Part shown: positions 38,192-48,394 of the stretch, one piece after another | How the letters are laid out: each line of letters begins with the position of its first letter | How positions within the stretch are numbered: position 1 is the stretch's first letter | Assembly: GCA_014360495.1 (NCBI GenBank) | Contig: JACIXR010000005.1 | Location: 24,516-88,515, forward strand | From: a bacterium | GTDB lineage: Bacteria > Armatimonadota > JACIXR01 | Direction of reading: 5' to 3' | Length of the DNA: 64,000 nucleotides | The notes under the pieces: generated by a model | The model's database searches: none | Seen by the model: only the letters and a program-made list of their open reading frames with translations | Told to the model about the DNA's origin: nothing | Made by a program: the position numbers and the translations under genes

Positions 38192-41164
38192 ATGATTATA
38201 AGAGAGCTTTTAAAGAGCGATGGTGAGAAATTAGGGAGTTTTCTTGAAAGTCTATCTCCGCAAACGGAGTATTTCTTTCATCCTTACCCCCTAACAAGGG
38301 ATTCCGCCTTAGCCTTTGTTAATAGGGAAGATATATTTTGCCTTGTCGCAGAGGAAAATGGGAAGATAATAGGCTATGCTTGGTGGGAGCCTAAGGATGT
38401 AGAACTTCCCTCAATAGGCATCTGCGTTGCCGATGAATACCAGGGGAGGGGAGTGGGGAAAGCCTTATTGGGTAAATTGGTTCAAGAAGCAGAGAAGCGG
38501 AAGAAGAGAGGACTCAGGCTGATAACTATGAAGGATAATTTGAGGGCGATAGCTCTTTATAAAAAATTCGGCTTCTACATAGTAGGGGAGACAAAAGAGG
38601 ACCCAAGAGGGGAATCTTGGAAAATGATAAAAAGGATAGGACCGATAAGGAAAATCTTCATCGTCCCTTACTGCCATCCCGACTGGGCTTGGACTCACAC
38701 AAGGCTCTGGCACGAGAGACGCTATGACCTTGTCTTCAACGAGGTTTTGGATATAATCTCCCAACATCCCAATTTTCGTTGGTATATGGATAATTACTTA
38801 TGCCAACTGACTCCCTTTTTGAAACGCTCACCTAAAAGGATAAAAGAATTAAGGGAAAGGATAAAAGAGGGAAAGATAGCGATATGTGGAGGTTATTCCA
38901 ATATTCGCCCAAATATGGTTGAGGAGGAAACGTATATTCGCAATTTAATAATAGGCAAGGAAAAGTTCCGGTCCTTATTCCCTGAAGCGAATTTGTCTGC
39001 ACATGGGGATGCGGTTGATGTTGCTGTTGGGCATCCCCAGATGCCACAAGTGCTTTCCCTTGCTGGCTATCGCTATTTTATCTTTTGGCGACCGGAGGTC
39101 GCGCTCAATCACAAGGAAATACCCTATGAATTCATCTGGGAGGGTTTGGATGGCTCCAGAATAATAGCTCATAGAGCCTGTTATGGAGGATTATGCACTA
39201 AAGATATGCTTCCTGATGATTTTAGGGATAGATGGGAAGAGATTAAGGCACTTTGGTGGGAAAGGGAGATAGGTTATCGCGCTGTGTTGTCTCCCACGGG
39301 TTTGATTTGGATAAGTCATGGCAACGATGATGCTCGTCCTCTCCGTGCTCTATGGACAGACGAGGAGATGGAGCTCTTAGCCTTTGTTGAAGAGTGGAAC
39401 AAAAGGGAGAATATACCTATGGTCTTTGCAACACCCTTGGAGTTCTTCAAGGAGATTAACAAAGAAGAACTCCCGATAGTTAGGGGTTCTCTTGACCCTT
39501 GTGATGTCTGTTACAACGCCGCTTTCGGTGGTTCTTTGGGTCTTTGGAAATTGCGGATTGAAACAGATAAGGAACTGCGTCTGGGAGAGATTTGGTCTGC
39601 AATAGCTAAAGCGCTCGGATATAGTTGGGAGGCAAATTGCTTCCAACCCTTGTGGGAAAACCTACTTAATTATTCTGCCCATGCTACACAGTGGCTTTTC
39701 CAGGAGGATTTTGACAACCTCTATTCTCTCGCCCAGCAGACCATTGGGAAAGCAAAGGGAATAAAAATCAAGGCATTAAAGGATATTTCTAATCACATCT
39801 CTCCAAAGGAGAAAGAGGTAATCGTTGCATTCAATCCTCTACCCTGGGAAAGAAGAATCTATATACCGATGGTTCTCTCTTTCCCCCAGAAGATACCTCC
39901 CTTCATCCGCCTCAAAGACGGGACAGGTAGGGAGATTGCCTATCAAAGGATTAGAGAAGTTGGTCTATCCGGCTGGGAATTGGAGGTCTTGACCAGGGTT
40001 TTCCTCCCTCCCCTTGGCTACAATACGATAACAGTTGAAACAGAGAAGCCTAAAGATTTGGAAGAAGGAAGTTTTCTACAACCGATTTGGCAAGGAGGGG
40101 AAATAATCGGATTCAGGGAGGAAGAGATAGGGGAAGTAAAATTGGAAAAAGGAGATGTCGGTTTTGGCGGTCTCGTTCTTTTTCTTGTTGATGTTACTGC
40201 GGAACTACATATGGGTAGGATATTGGATAAAAGGAAGGTGGAATGGGATGCAGTGGAGAAGGTCAATGATGGCCCTTTGTTCAAGAGCTTTCTAAGAAGG
40301 GGAAAGGTCAACTCTCACAAAATAGAGCAAAAAATTCACCTTTATAGTGGCGAAAAGAGAATAGAATTTGAGACCCTTATTGACTGGCGAGGTGAGGATG
40401 GTTTTATTGCCCTTGTTAATCCCTTACCATTTGAGGGAGAACTTTATGGCGATACCCCGTTTGCGGTGGAGAGAAAGGACCTCTCAGAGGAAATATATGG
40501 ACCCGTGGAAGGAAGTGGCGGAAATATAGAACGATGGAGGAAGGGTGCCTTCTTCGTTAGGTCTTTTATTGATTGGAGTGATTCCCAAAAAGGAATTGCC
40601 TATATCTCGCACGATGGAGATAGATACTTTATATTTGATGAAGAAGATAGAGCGATTTATCACATCCTCATAAATAGCATCATAACCTGTGAAGGGTGGG
40701 AGAAGGATATCAATTATCAAAGGAAGGGCGTAGGGCTCCATCATTTCAAGGGGAGCATATTGCTTCACAAAGGCGATTGGAGAGAGGGAAAAGTATATAA
40801 ACAAGCTTTGCTCCTTCGCCATCCTCCGGATTTAATTTTTATGGATGGCGAGGAAAAGGAGTCTCTTTCTCCTATTTTGCCACCCATTTTTTCCTTTCTT
40901 TCCCTTGAGCCCGAGAACCTTGTGCTCACGGCTTTCTATTTCCATGAGGGGGATTATTATCTGCGATTCTATGAAATAGAGGGTAAATCAACCGAGGCTA
41001 AAGTAAAACTTCCCTTCAAAATAAAAGAAGCTATCGCTGTGGATTTTCTCGGCAATTTTTTGAAGGGACCAGAGATTGAAATTAAGGGAAACGAGCTTTC
41101 CCTAAAAGTAGAGCCTTGGAAGATAATAACCCTTCGCTTAAACCCTACCGCTTTTTCCCTTTGA
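38192..41164 (+). CDS. Fusion protein: N-terminal GNAT N-acetyltransferase (~150 aa) plus GH38-like alpha-mannosidase (or mannosylglycerate hydrolase-like) body
   Basis: GNAT motif A (DEYQGRGVGKALLGKLV...ALYKKFGF). This is followed by GH38 N-terminal-like blocks: VPYCHPDWAW (a variant of HxHxDxxW), GGYSN...EETYIRNLIIGKE, and HGDAVDVAVGHPQMPQVLSLAGY. Total 990 aa. Confidence 0.55.
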   Translation: MIIRELLKSDGEKLGSFLESLSPQTEYFFHPYPLTRDSALAFVNREDIFCLVAEENGKIIGYAWWEPKDVELPSIGICVADEYQGRGVGKALLGKLVQEAEKRKKRGLRLITMKDNLRAIALYKKFGFYIVGETKEDPRGESWKMIKRIGPIRKIFIVPYCHPDWAWTHTRLWHERRYDLVFNEVLDIISQHPNFRWYMDNYLCQLTPFLKRSPKRIKELRERIKEGKIAICGGYSNIRPNMVEEETYIRNLIIGKEKFRSLFPEANLSAHGDAVDVAVGHPQMPQVLSLAGYRYFIFWRPEVALNHKEIPYEFIWEGLDGSRIIAHRACYGGLCTKDMLPDDFRDRWEEIKALWWEREIGYRAVLSPTGLIWISHGNDDARPLRALWTDEEMELLAFVEEWNKRENIPMVFATPLEFFKEINKEELPIVRGSLDPCDVCYNAAFGGSLGLWKLRIETDKELRLGEIWSAIAKALGYSWEANCFQPLWENLLNYSAHATQWLFQEDFDNLYSLAQQTIGKAKGIKIKALKDISNHISPKEKEVIVAFNPLPWERRIYIPMVLSFPQKIPPFIRLKDGTGREIAYQRIREVGLSGWELEVLTRVFLPPLGYNTITVETEKPKDLEEGSFLQPIWQGGEIIGFREEEIGEVKLEKGDVGFGGLVLFLVDVTAELHMGRILDKRKVEWDAVEKVNDGPLFKSFLRRGKVNSHKIEQKIHLYSGEKRIEFETLIDWRGEDGFIALVNPLPFEGELYGDTPFAVERKDLSEEIYGPVEGSGGNIERWRKGAFFVRSFIDWSDSQKGIAYISHDGDRYFIFDEEDRAIYHILINSIITCEGWEKDINYQRKGVGLHHFKGSILLHKGDWREGKVYKQALLLRHPPDLIFMDGEEKESLSPILPPIFSFLSLEPENLVLTAFYFHEGDYYLRFYEIEGKSTEAKVKLPFKIKEAIAVDFLGNFLKGPEIEIKGNELSLKVEPWKIITLRLNPTAFSL

Positions 41165-41972
41165 GTTTTTCCACACATATAAAGGGGACCTTAAACTGTT
41201 CAATCAAAGGAATATCATTGAAAGAATGAGCATCTGAGCCGCCGGTGGGAAGGAGAAATAAATCCTCACACATTTGTTGATAGCGTTCGCTATCGTCGGG
41301 GGAGTGGGATGGGTGCCATACTTCTATGCCTTCTAAACCCTCCTTAATCATTTGGGGGATAAGGTAGTCAACATAGGATTTACCGGGATGGGCGAGGACT
41401 GCTATTCCACTTGCTTGGTTAATCAATTTGATAGCCTCTTGCCAAGAGATTGAACGGCGGGGAACATAAGCTGGGCTTCCTCTCTTCAGCCACTTTGCGA
41501 AAGCTTCTTCTTTACATTGGGCATATCCTCTGTTTACCAATGCCTGTGCGATATGGGGTCTCCCCAGAGATTCCCCACCTGCTAATCCCAAAACCTCCTC
41601 AAAGGAAATCTTCAAGCCAAGTTTATTTAACTTATCAACTATTTCCTCGTTTCTCTTCAAACGGGCTTCCCTTTGCCTCTTCAGTCCCTCCGAAAGGGCG
41701 GGAGAGTTGATATCAAGGTAATAGCCGAGGATATGGATTTCCTTTTCGTTGTAATCGGTATTTATTTCAACGGCGGGGATAACCTCTATCCCCGCCGTTG
41801 AAGCTATTTTTTTCGCTTCCTTCACTCCCGCTATAGTATCATGGTCAGTGATAGCTATAGCGGAAAGACCCAGTTTTGAAGCGGTCTGAATTATCTCTTT
41901 TGGGCTCCACTCTCCATCTGAGAAAGAGGAATGGATGTGGAGGTCAGCCCATTTTTCAGGATTCCTCATCAA
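41145..41972 (-). CDS. PHP-domain phosphoesterase
   Basis: ADLHIHSSFSDGEWSP...AIAITDHDT... Confidence 0.75.
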   Translation of the reverse strand: MMRNPEKWADLHIHSSFSDGEWSPKEIIQTASKLGLSAIAITDHDTIAGVKEAKKIASTAGIEVIPAVEINTDYNEKEIHILGYYLDINSPALSEGLKRQREARLKRNEEIVDKLNKLGLKISFEEVLGLAGGESLGRPHIAQALVNRGYAQCKEEAFAKWLKRGSPAYVPRRSISWQEAIKLINQASGIAVLAHPGKSYVDYLIPQMIKEGLEGIEVWHPSHSPDDSERYQQMCEDLFLLPTGGSDAHSFNDIPLIEQFKVPFICVEKLKGKKR

Positions 41973-43311
41973 TGAGGCGGCGCACGAAGTCCAAAGCTTC
42001 TTCCTTTGTGCTTATCAAGCCTTCAGCGTAAGCTTCCTCCGCAAGCCTCAATAACCTACCTATTGTGGGTCCGGGAAGAGAGCCGAATTCCTGCACTATA
42101 TCCCTTCCGCTGAGTAGCCTTCTCGGCCTGCGTCCTTCCTTCTTAGCTTCATCTATAAGTTTCAATGTTAGCTGCTTGTGTTTCTCCAAATCCTCGGGGC
42201 TTACCTTCTTCGTTGCCAGTCTATCCGCATAGGAAAGGAGGAGGAGCGCAATTGCGTCTTCCTTGAGGTCTTGGAAGAAGCGGAAAACGACCCTATGGGA
42301 GAGCTCGCCGAAATGGCTAAGGAAGCTTGGGCGAAGGTGATGTCTTACCAATCTCCTAAGGGTCTTAACATCCTTTTTGGAGAGCCTCAATCTTCTGCCC
42401 AGCTCCCTCATCATTGTTTCTCCGAGGACATCGTGCCCTATGAATCTTACCGTGCCATCGGGTTCAACACGACGAGTGGCGAACTTACCAACATCGTGAA
42501 CGAGAGCCCCCAATTTTAGGAGGAATTGGTCTTTGCTATCAAGCTTTACATCGGCAAAGTCCTCGGCGAGCAATTCCTCAAGATGTTTGAGGGTTTCAAC
42601 GGAATGTTCAAATACATCCTCGCCATCCTGAACAACACCCTTCAAGGCTGATAGCTCGGGAAGAATCCCCATAAGCAGTCCTAATTCCTCCATTAAGTAG
42701 AAATAAGAGTAGCAAGGCGTGACACGGGAGAGGAGGAAGAGTTCCTCCTTTATTCTCTCGGGTGGTGCCTGGGTGATAAGGGGAGCATTGCGTCTTATCG
42801 CTTCCTTCGTCTGTTCCTCAATTGTGAAGCCCAATACCGCTGCCAACCTTATCGCCCTTAACATCCTCAACGGGTCCTCAAGGAAAGCCTCTTCCGAGAC
42901 CATCCTGAGCACCTTATCCTCAATGTCCTTCTTGCCGTTGAAGGGGTCTATGAGTGTGTTTAAGTCGTCAAGAGGGACAGCCAGAGCATTGGCGGTGAAG
43001 TCCCTTCTTGCCATATCCTCCTCAATCGAACCGTTCAGGCTGGATACATCTACTTGTATCCTGCCGGGCAAGAGGCACCTTATCACCCTGTAACCATTCA
43101 TAACGATGATTTTTCCTCCCAACTGGGAAGCAATATCGTTGGCGAGGAGAAGTGGGTCCCCGTCGGTCGCGAGGTCAATATCCTTTGTCTCTCTTTCCAA
43201 TAGCCAGTCCCTCACGAAGCCTCCGACGAGGTAGGTCTTCATAGAATGTTCTCTGGCGATTTTCTCGACCTCTTCCAGGACAATCTTCGTCACGAGGTCA
43301 AGCTCTTTCAT
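41956..43311 (-). CDS. cca: CCA-adding tRNA nucleotidyltransferase with an HD domain
   Basis: YLVGGFVRDWLL...KDIDLA pol-beta NT head; HD-like C-terminal region (ALVHDVGK). Confidence 0.8.
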   Translation of the reverse strand: MKELDLVTKIVLEEVEKIAREHSMKTYLVGGFVRDWLLERETKDIDLATDGDPLLLANDIASQLGGKIIVMNGYRVIRCLLPGRIQVDVSSLNGSIEEDMARRDFTANALAVPLDDLNTLIDPFNGKKDIEDKVLRMVSEEAFLEDPLRMLRAIRLAAVLGFTIEEQTKEAIRRNAPLITQAPPERIKEELFLLSRVTPCYSYFYLMEELGLLMGILPELSALKGVVQDGEDVFEHSVETLKHLEELLAEDFADVKLDSKDQFLLKLGALVHDVGKFATRRVEPDGTVRFIGHDVLGETMMRELGRRLRLSKKDVKTLRRLVRHHLRPSFLSHFGELSHRVVFRFFQDLKEDAIALLLLSYADRLATKKVSPEDLEKHKQLTLKLIDEAKKEGRRPRRLLSGRDIVQEFGSLPGPTIGRLLRLAEEAYAEGLISTKEEALDFVRRLIDEES

Positions 43312-44432
43312 AATAACATACCCCCTATCTTTAGAATTTTTGCTATCTCTCTTGCTGTGTTTTCCAACAGCAAGGAGGTTTTTTTCATCGATTGGCGCAA
43401 GGTTATGGGACCATTGACAATGGAAAAGGCGGCTTCTATTCCCACTTGGGAGGGATTAAAGCCTTCATCAATCTCTCCTGCAAGGGCTATAACGGGTTTC
43501 CCTTTAGCCCTTTTAATCGCACCGGCAATTGATTTTCCGTAAGCAGTTTGTCTATCCAATTTACCCTCGCCCGTGAATATCAAGTCTACATCTTTTATTT
43601 TCTCATCAAAACCAATGTAATCCAAAATCGTGTCTATTCCAGAGGAGAGGGAGGCATCAAGGAAAGCAACAAGACCAGCACCTAAGCCTCCAGCTGCTCC
43701 TCCACCGGGGAGATTGGATACATCCTTGTTGAGGCAGGTCTTAACTACTTCCGCGAAACGCCTTAACCCTTCCTCCAATAGTATCACTTCTTCCTCACTC
43801 GCCCCTTTTTGAGGCGCATAAATAGACGCCGCCTCTAAAAGGGTGTTTTGAACATCACAAGCAACTATAATTTTAACATTTTTTATCCGTTCGTCAAGCC
43901 CTTCAATCTCTATTCTTTCCAATTTCAACAGTCCCTCGCCTCCCCAAGGGACATCGTTCCCATCCTTATCCAAAGCCTTTATTCCCAATGCCTGCGCCAT
44001 CCCCAATCCCGCATCGTTAGTTGCCGAACCGCCAATTCCTACGATTATTCGCTCCACTCCTTGATCAAGGGCGAACTTGATCAGTTCACCAACACCATAT
44101 GTTGTCGTTTTCATAGGGTTTCTCTTTCGGGGAGGAACAAGGGAAAGCCCAGCAGCCTGAGCCATCTCCACAACGGCTGTCTTCCCATCGCCTAAAATGG
44201 CGTAATGACCTTTAACCTTTTCCCCTAATGGACCTGTGACTTCTTTATAGATCAACTTTCCCTGGGTTGCGAGCGCCATTACAAAAGCTGTCCCTTCACC
44301 GCCATCGGCAAGAGGTATTTCCCTTATCTCTGCATTAGTGAAAACGCTTCTCAATCCCCTTGCAATCGCCCTAGCGGCTTCCCAGGCGGGTAGACTTCCC
44401 TTGAATGAATCGGGGCAAACAGCAATTTTCAT
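43308..44432 (-). CDS. glxK: Glycerate kinase
   Basis: MKIAVCPDSFKGSL...ADGGEGT...; 374 aa. Confidence 0.85.
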   Translation of the reverse strand: MKIAVCPDSFKGSLPAWEAARAIARGLRSVFTNAEIREIPLADGGEGTAFVMALATQGKLIYKEVTGPLGEKVKGHYAILGDGKTAVVEMAQAAGLSLVPPRKRNPMKTTTYGVGELIKFALDQGVERIIVGIGGSATNDAGLGMAQALGIKALDKDGNDVPWGGEGLLKLERIEIEGLDERIKNVKIIVACDVQNTLLEAASIYAPQKGASEEEVILLEEGLRRFAEVVKTCLNKDVSNLPGGGAAGGLGAGLVAFLDASLSSGIDTILDYIGFDEKIKDVDLIFTGEGKLDRQTAYGKSIAGAIKRAKGKPVIALAGEIDEGFNPSQVGIEAAFSIVNGPITLRQSMKKTSLLLENTAREIAKILKIGGMLL

Positions 44433-44665
44433 TCCTTCCAGAGTTTCCTCAACTCCGCCTCTATGGACTCAGCGGTGGTGCCGAAAACAACCTGCACAGC
44501 CTTGCCCATCTTCACTATCCCTAAGGCTCCTAATTCTTTCAATTTTTTCTCGTCTATCTTGGAAGGGTCTTTTACCTCCAAACGAAGACGGGTGATGCAG
44601 GCGTCCATCTTCTCAATATTTTCCTTACCACCTAAGGCAGTTAACATTTCTTCTAACCTTGCCAT
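44429..44665 (-). CDS. Stand-alone PTS EIIB(Glc)-like domain protein (78 aa)
   Basis: MARLEEMLTALGGKENIEKMDACITRLRLEVKD... matches the EIIB glucose-family CITRLR active-site block. The ATG at 44665 is preferred, because the longer track ORF overlaps the upstream gene. Confidence 0.55.
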   Translation of the reverse strand: MARLEEMLTALGGKENIEKMDACITRLRLEVKDPSKIDEKKLKELGALGIVKMGKAVQVVFGTTAESIEAELRKLWKE

Positions 44666-44793
44666 TTGGCATATAAATTTTATCAACAAATTTTCCAATC
44701 GGCAAATTGAAACGCTAAAATATTTAAACCAAAACCCACGGTAAAGGATGTATGCCGGAGGTAGCTGACGCTTCAATATATTCCCGAAATCGC

Positions 44794-47214
44794 TCAAGGT
44801 AATAGAAAAGCCTCTCTCAATCCTTTCTTTGCAGTCCAATAGAAAGGCTGAATGGGAGATTTATCTTTTTCCAAATCGCTAAATCTATGGGGAAGAAGAT
44901 AGACCTTTGATTCTTGTTGACGATTTAGAGTGGACTTCGTTTGAAAAACATAGAATATGTCAATCCAATCCCCTCCATCGTAAAAGCGGGTTACATCATA
45001 TGTCTTGCTCTTGCTATCTATCCAACGCTCAATTATAGCTATTCCAAGTCCAATTGGAGGGTCTATCCAGGAGAAATCAAACCAGCCAGCCTTTCTCCTG
45101 TTATCCGGAGATGGCGAACTGCCCAAATAACCGAAATACAAATCCCGATATTTATCGCTTACCTCCAACCTCCCCTTGCTTATCCTTAGCGCTCCCTCAC
45201 CAGCGTAGGCTTGAAAGACGCCTTCCCTTTGGGTTAAAGAAGCCCCCTCCCTTGCCCCTTCGGTCTCAATTTCCCCTTTAGGCGTTATACTTCTTCTTAT
45301 CTCAATTAAAGGACTCTTCCTGAAAAGAGTGTATCTGCTATAGCCCTTCAATTCCTCGCTCTCAAAGGGAATCACCAGCTCACTGAAGACCTCACCTTGG
45401 TTAAGAGCTATTTTTTCCCTTAAAATATTGAGATTTTTCACTGGCTGGAGTTCCAATTTCCATGGAGAAGAAAATAGGTTTTCTCCCTCAACGCTTAGCT
45501 CGTTTAACTCGTCCCTCTCTAAATCAAAGCTTGCCCTATAATATTCGTTCTCAAATGTCCATTTCTCTTTAATGAAAAATATCGTAGAGCATTTTCTCTC
45601 TACCTCAAAAAGCAAATAGAAGCGCCTTTCACCTGCCGGTATTTCATCTTCCATCCATATTGCCTCTCCTTCACTGTTTATCTGGCAAGGGAATTCCTTG
45701 AGAAGAACTCCATTTTGGTCCATTGAGATGACTCGCGCTGAACGCCATCCTTTGGGCAATTTATAATACAATGGCTGGTTTTCCCTCTTCATAGGTGAGG
45801 GCGGAAGCCAAAGGGCTGAGAAGCCTTTGGAGGAAGATGGGCTCGGGGGAGAGATGCCTACAGCCAAAACTTCCTCTTTTTCATTATTCAAAACGGTTGA
45901 GTTTGCATCCCCAATAATTCTCACTCTTATTATGTGAAAACCTTTCTTCAAACCCTTGAGTTCAAATGTGAAGTCCTTTTCCCGATTGACCTTGAGGTTA
46001 TCTATTTTCTCTTTCTTGAAATTTTTCCCATCAACTAAAAGAAGGACTTCTACTTCCTTTCCCTTCATATTCCCTATGTTTTTCACTTTACCTTTCACCT
46101 TTGCGATTCCCTTTTCCTTTCCAATTGTCCATTCATAGGAATAAACGGGAAGGACGAAATAGCGATAAAAAAGTTCGTCCGAGAGCCTGTCGAGCTGTGG
46201 AACGCTGCCATAATAAAAGATTGCAACACCCAAAATATCTGGGCAGGAGGATTTTATCAACCTGAATTGCTCCTCCAATTCAGCGGGTGCAGTCAAAAGA
46301 GTTCTGTGCTGGGGCTCATAATTTATCCCTAATCCAATAAGGGTTTGCCTTTCCAATCTCTTTTCCTTTATCCCTTTAATGGCTTCTTCTAATACTCCAA
46401 GATGCATATTGTGATAGTTTAAGTAAACTTCGGGTAGAAAATAATCCACATATGGGGAAAGCTTTTCTTCATCTCCACCAGTTGTCCATAGGGCGATTTT
46501 GAGATTGGGATTATTTCTTTTGAACATTTTTATCGCTTCCAATACTTTGTCGCTTACTTCACAGGCGCCATACTCGTCTATCCCTATTCCCTCCGCTCCC
46601 TTCGGTATATTTGACCAGCAGGCGACTTGCTCTTCTATCTTGGATTCGGGATGTTGACTCCAATAGCAAACCCCAGGCTTAAAAACCAGTGGAATCCTTC
46701 CTTCCCAAAGCCATTCCTCTATCTCTTCCTGTCTAATCGTTGTGCATATAGTGGGGAACTTCAAATCCTTAGGTGTTCCATACCAGGCAAACTCCACCTT
46801 TCTTTCCACCACCGGAAAACTCGTTTCCTTAGAGAAAACTTTCCCCTTAGCTATTACTTTTACCTTCAAATTATAAATCCCGCTTTCCTTCGCTATCCAT
46901 TCCCCAATTTCCAATTTATTTTCTCCAGTTTCTAACTTTGGAATTGTTATCTTCTTTATTTCTTTCTCTCTTCCACCGTCTTGGAGGTAAAGAGATATGG
47001 AGACATTTTCAATTGGTTTATCTTCTTCGTTTTTCAAGTTAATGCGAAGCTTAAACCTTTCACCCTTGCAAGGCAGAACCGGGGCGACGATAAGTTTTTC
47101 TATGCTGAGAGGAAATGTGAGCTTAGCGCTTAAGGTAAGAAGAAACAAGATTGGGAAGAGAATTTTATAGGTCATCATGTTTAAATAATAAAGGCTTTCC
47201 AATCCGCATAGCAA
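44794..47214 (-). CDS. Large secreted hypothetical protein (806 aa), possible glycosidase-like
   Basis: Long ORF with an N-terminal hydrophobic signal (MMTYKILFPILFLLTLSA). No confident family. Confidence 0.5.
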   Translation of the reverse strand: MLCGLESLYYLNMMTYKILFPILFLLTLSAKLTFPLSIEKLIVAPVLPCKGERFKLRINLKNEEDKPIENVSISLYLQDGGREKEIKKITIPKLETGENKLEIGEWIAKESGIYNLKVKVIAKGKVFSKETSFPVVERKVEFAWYGTPKDLKFPTICTTIRQEEIEEWLWEGRIPLVFKPGVCYWSQHPESKIEEQVACWSNIPKGAEGIGIDEYGACEVSDKVLEAIKMFKRNNPNLKIALWTTGGDEEKLSPYVDYFLPEVYLNYHNMHLGVLEEAIKGIKEKRLERQTLIGLGINYEPQHRTLLTAPAELEEQFRLIKSSCPDILGVAIFYYGSVPQLDRLSDELFYRYFVLPVYSYEWTIGKEKGIAKVKGKVKNIGNMKGKEVEVLLLVDGKNFKKEKIDNLKVNREKDFTFELKGLKKGFHIIRVRIIGDANSTVLNNEKEEVLAVGISPPSPSSSKGFSALWLPPSPMKRENQPLYYKLPKGWRSARVISMDQNGVLLKEFPCQINSEGEAIWMEDEIPAGERRFYLLFEVERKCSTIFFIKEKWTFENEYYRASFDLERDELNELSVEGENLFSSPWKLELQPVKNLNILREKIALNQGEVFSELVIPFESEELKGYSRYTLFRKSPLIEIRRSITPKGEIETEGAREGASLTQREGVFQAYAGEGALRISKGRLEVSDKYRDLYFGYLGSSPSPDNRRKAGWFDFSWIDPPIGLGIAIIERWIDSKSKTYDVTRFYDGGDWIDIFYVFQTKSTLNRQQESKVYLLPHRFSDLEKDKSPIQPFYWTAKKGLREAFLLP

Positions 47215-47220
47215 GGAGAA

Positions 47221-47655
47221 TCAGGGGCATGGGAAAAAGGGAATTGGATTGTTTGTTAGGCAGGCATAGAGAGTTAAAAAGATGGGAAACCAGAGACTAT
47301 CACTCCCCAGGAAGTTGAAAGGGCGAAGCCGAGTGGGTGGAAGGGAAACCACCAGAACCTCTTTCTCATAATTATTAAAAAGAGGGTAAAGATTGCTCCA
47401 CCTAAGAAAGATGGTGGCTATCAAAATGGAGAAGGGAACGGCTATCCCAAATACAATCGCTAAATTTCTCCTTTTGACTTTCAATGAATCCCCGATTTTG
47501 AAACTATCAAGGAATGCTGTTATCAATATTCCTCTCAAATCCCTCGTAAAAAGGGAATCCATAAATGGAAGAAGGGAGAGGTTTCTTGCGCCGAGCGAAC
47601 TTGGGGAGGCAAACAAGGAGTAAATCTCTATAGGGTTGAAGCAACCCTCGCTCAT
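47221..47655 (-). CDS. Hypothetical membrane protein (144 aa)
   Basis: Hydrophobic segments; ATGA-coupled to the upstream membrane ORF. Confidence 0.4.
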   Translation of the reverse strand: MSEGCFNPIEIYSLFASPSSLGARNLSLLPFMDSLFTRDLRGILITAFLDSFKIGDSLKVKRRNLAIVFGIAVPFSILIATIFLRWSNLYPLFNNYEKEVLVVSLPPTRLRPFNFLGSDSLWFPIFLTLYACLTNNPIPFFPCP

Positions 47656-48323
47656 ATCATAATCATACCGCCTTCCGAGGTTGCCCGAGCCATCACGAGG
47701 GCTTCAACGAATATGTAAATACCGAACTCAAATAGGGCAATAGCCAAACCTAATCCCGCTTTATTAGACCAAATACAAATAAAGAGAAGCGAAGCGATGA
47801 GTCCCCAGAATGCAACTTTATATGGAATCACCTCGTCTTCTTTTTTATATTCGTTTCTCACAATCTTCTTAAGATGGGGAAGGGCAATGTAAAAGAGATA
47901 TCCAGCGGTCACGAAGAAAGCTCCCGCTGTTTCGTAGGAGAGGAAAAGAGAGGCTCCAGAGTGAGGGGCTATAGTAGTTTCCGCGCCGAGGTAAACAGCT
48001 ATCAATTCCTGAGCTCTGAAGAAGAAGTAAAAGACCCAGAAACTAAATAGAAGCTGGGTAGGGAGAAGGTAGAAGAAACCGATTGTGGCAAAAGAGATAT
48101 AGATGTAAAGATATTCAATGTTATCCCAAGGACGTCCAGTGAGGTATTGTTTGAGATTTATATTGAGATTTATTGAGGGAAGGTTGGGAAAAGCTTTTTG
48201 AAAAGTGTTCAGTGTATAGATGATGGACGGGATAGCAAAGCCGAGCCACATAACTTTGTTATTTAAAGGGCACGAGCCAGTTATGGAGAAAAGAATGCCG
48301 TAAAGTAATGAGCGTAGTGTCAA
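47652..48323 (-). CDS. Hypothetical polytopic membrane protein (223 aa)
   Basis: Multiple TM segments. Confidence 0.45.
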   Translation of the reverse strand: MTLRSLLYGILFSITGSCPLNNKVMWLGFAIPSIIYTLNTFQKAFPNLPSINLNINLKQYLTGRPWDNIEYLYIYISFATIGFFYLLPTQLLFSFWVFYFFFRAQELIAVYLGAETTIAPHSGASLFLSYETAGAFFVTAGYLFYIALPHLKKIVRNEYKKEDEVIPYKVAFWGLIASLLFICIWSNKAGLGLAIALFEFGIYIFVEALVMARATSEGGMIMI

Positions 48324-48354
48324 CTATGAGCGGTCCCTGAATGTATTTGGATTT

Positions 48355-48379
48355 GGGGCAACCCCAAAGGGGTTGCCCC
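48355..48379. repeat. Perfect 11-bp GC-rich hairpin (GGGGCAACCCC-aaa-GGGGTTGCCCC) in the pilin-to-membrane-gene intergenic region
   Basis: Seen directly. No U-tract follows on either strand. Confidence 0.5.
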
Positions 48380-48394
48380 AAATCATCTAAACCC

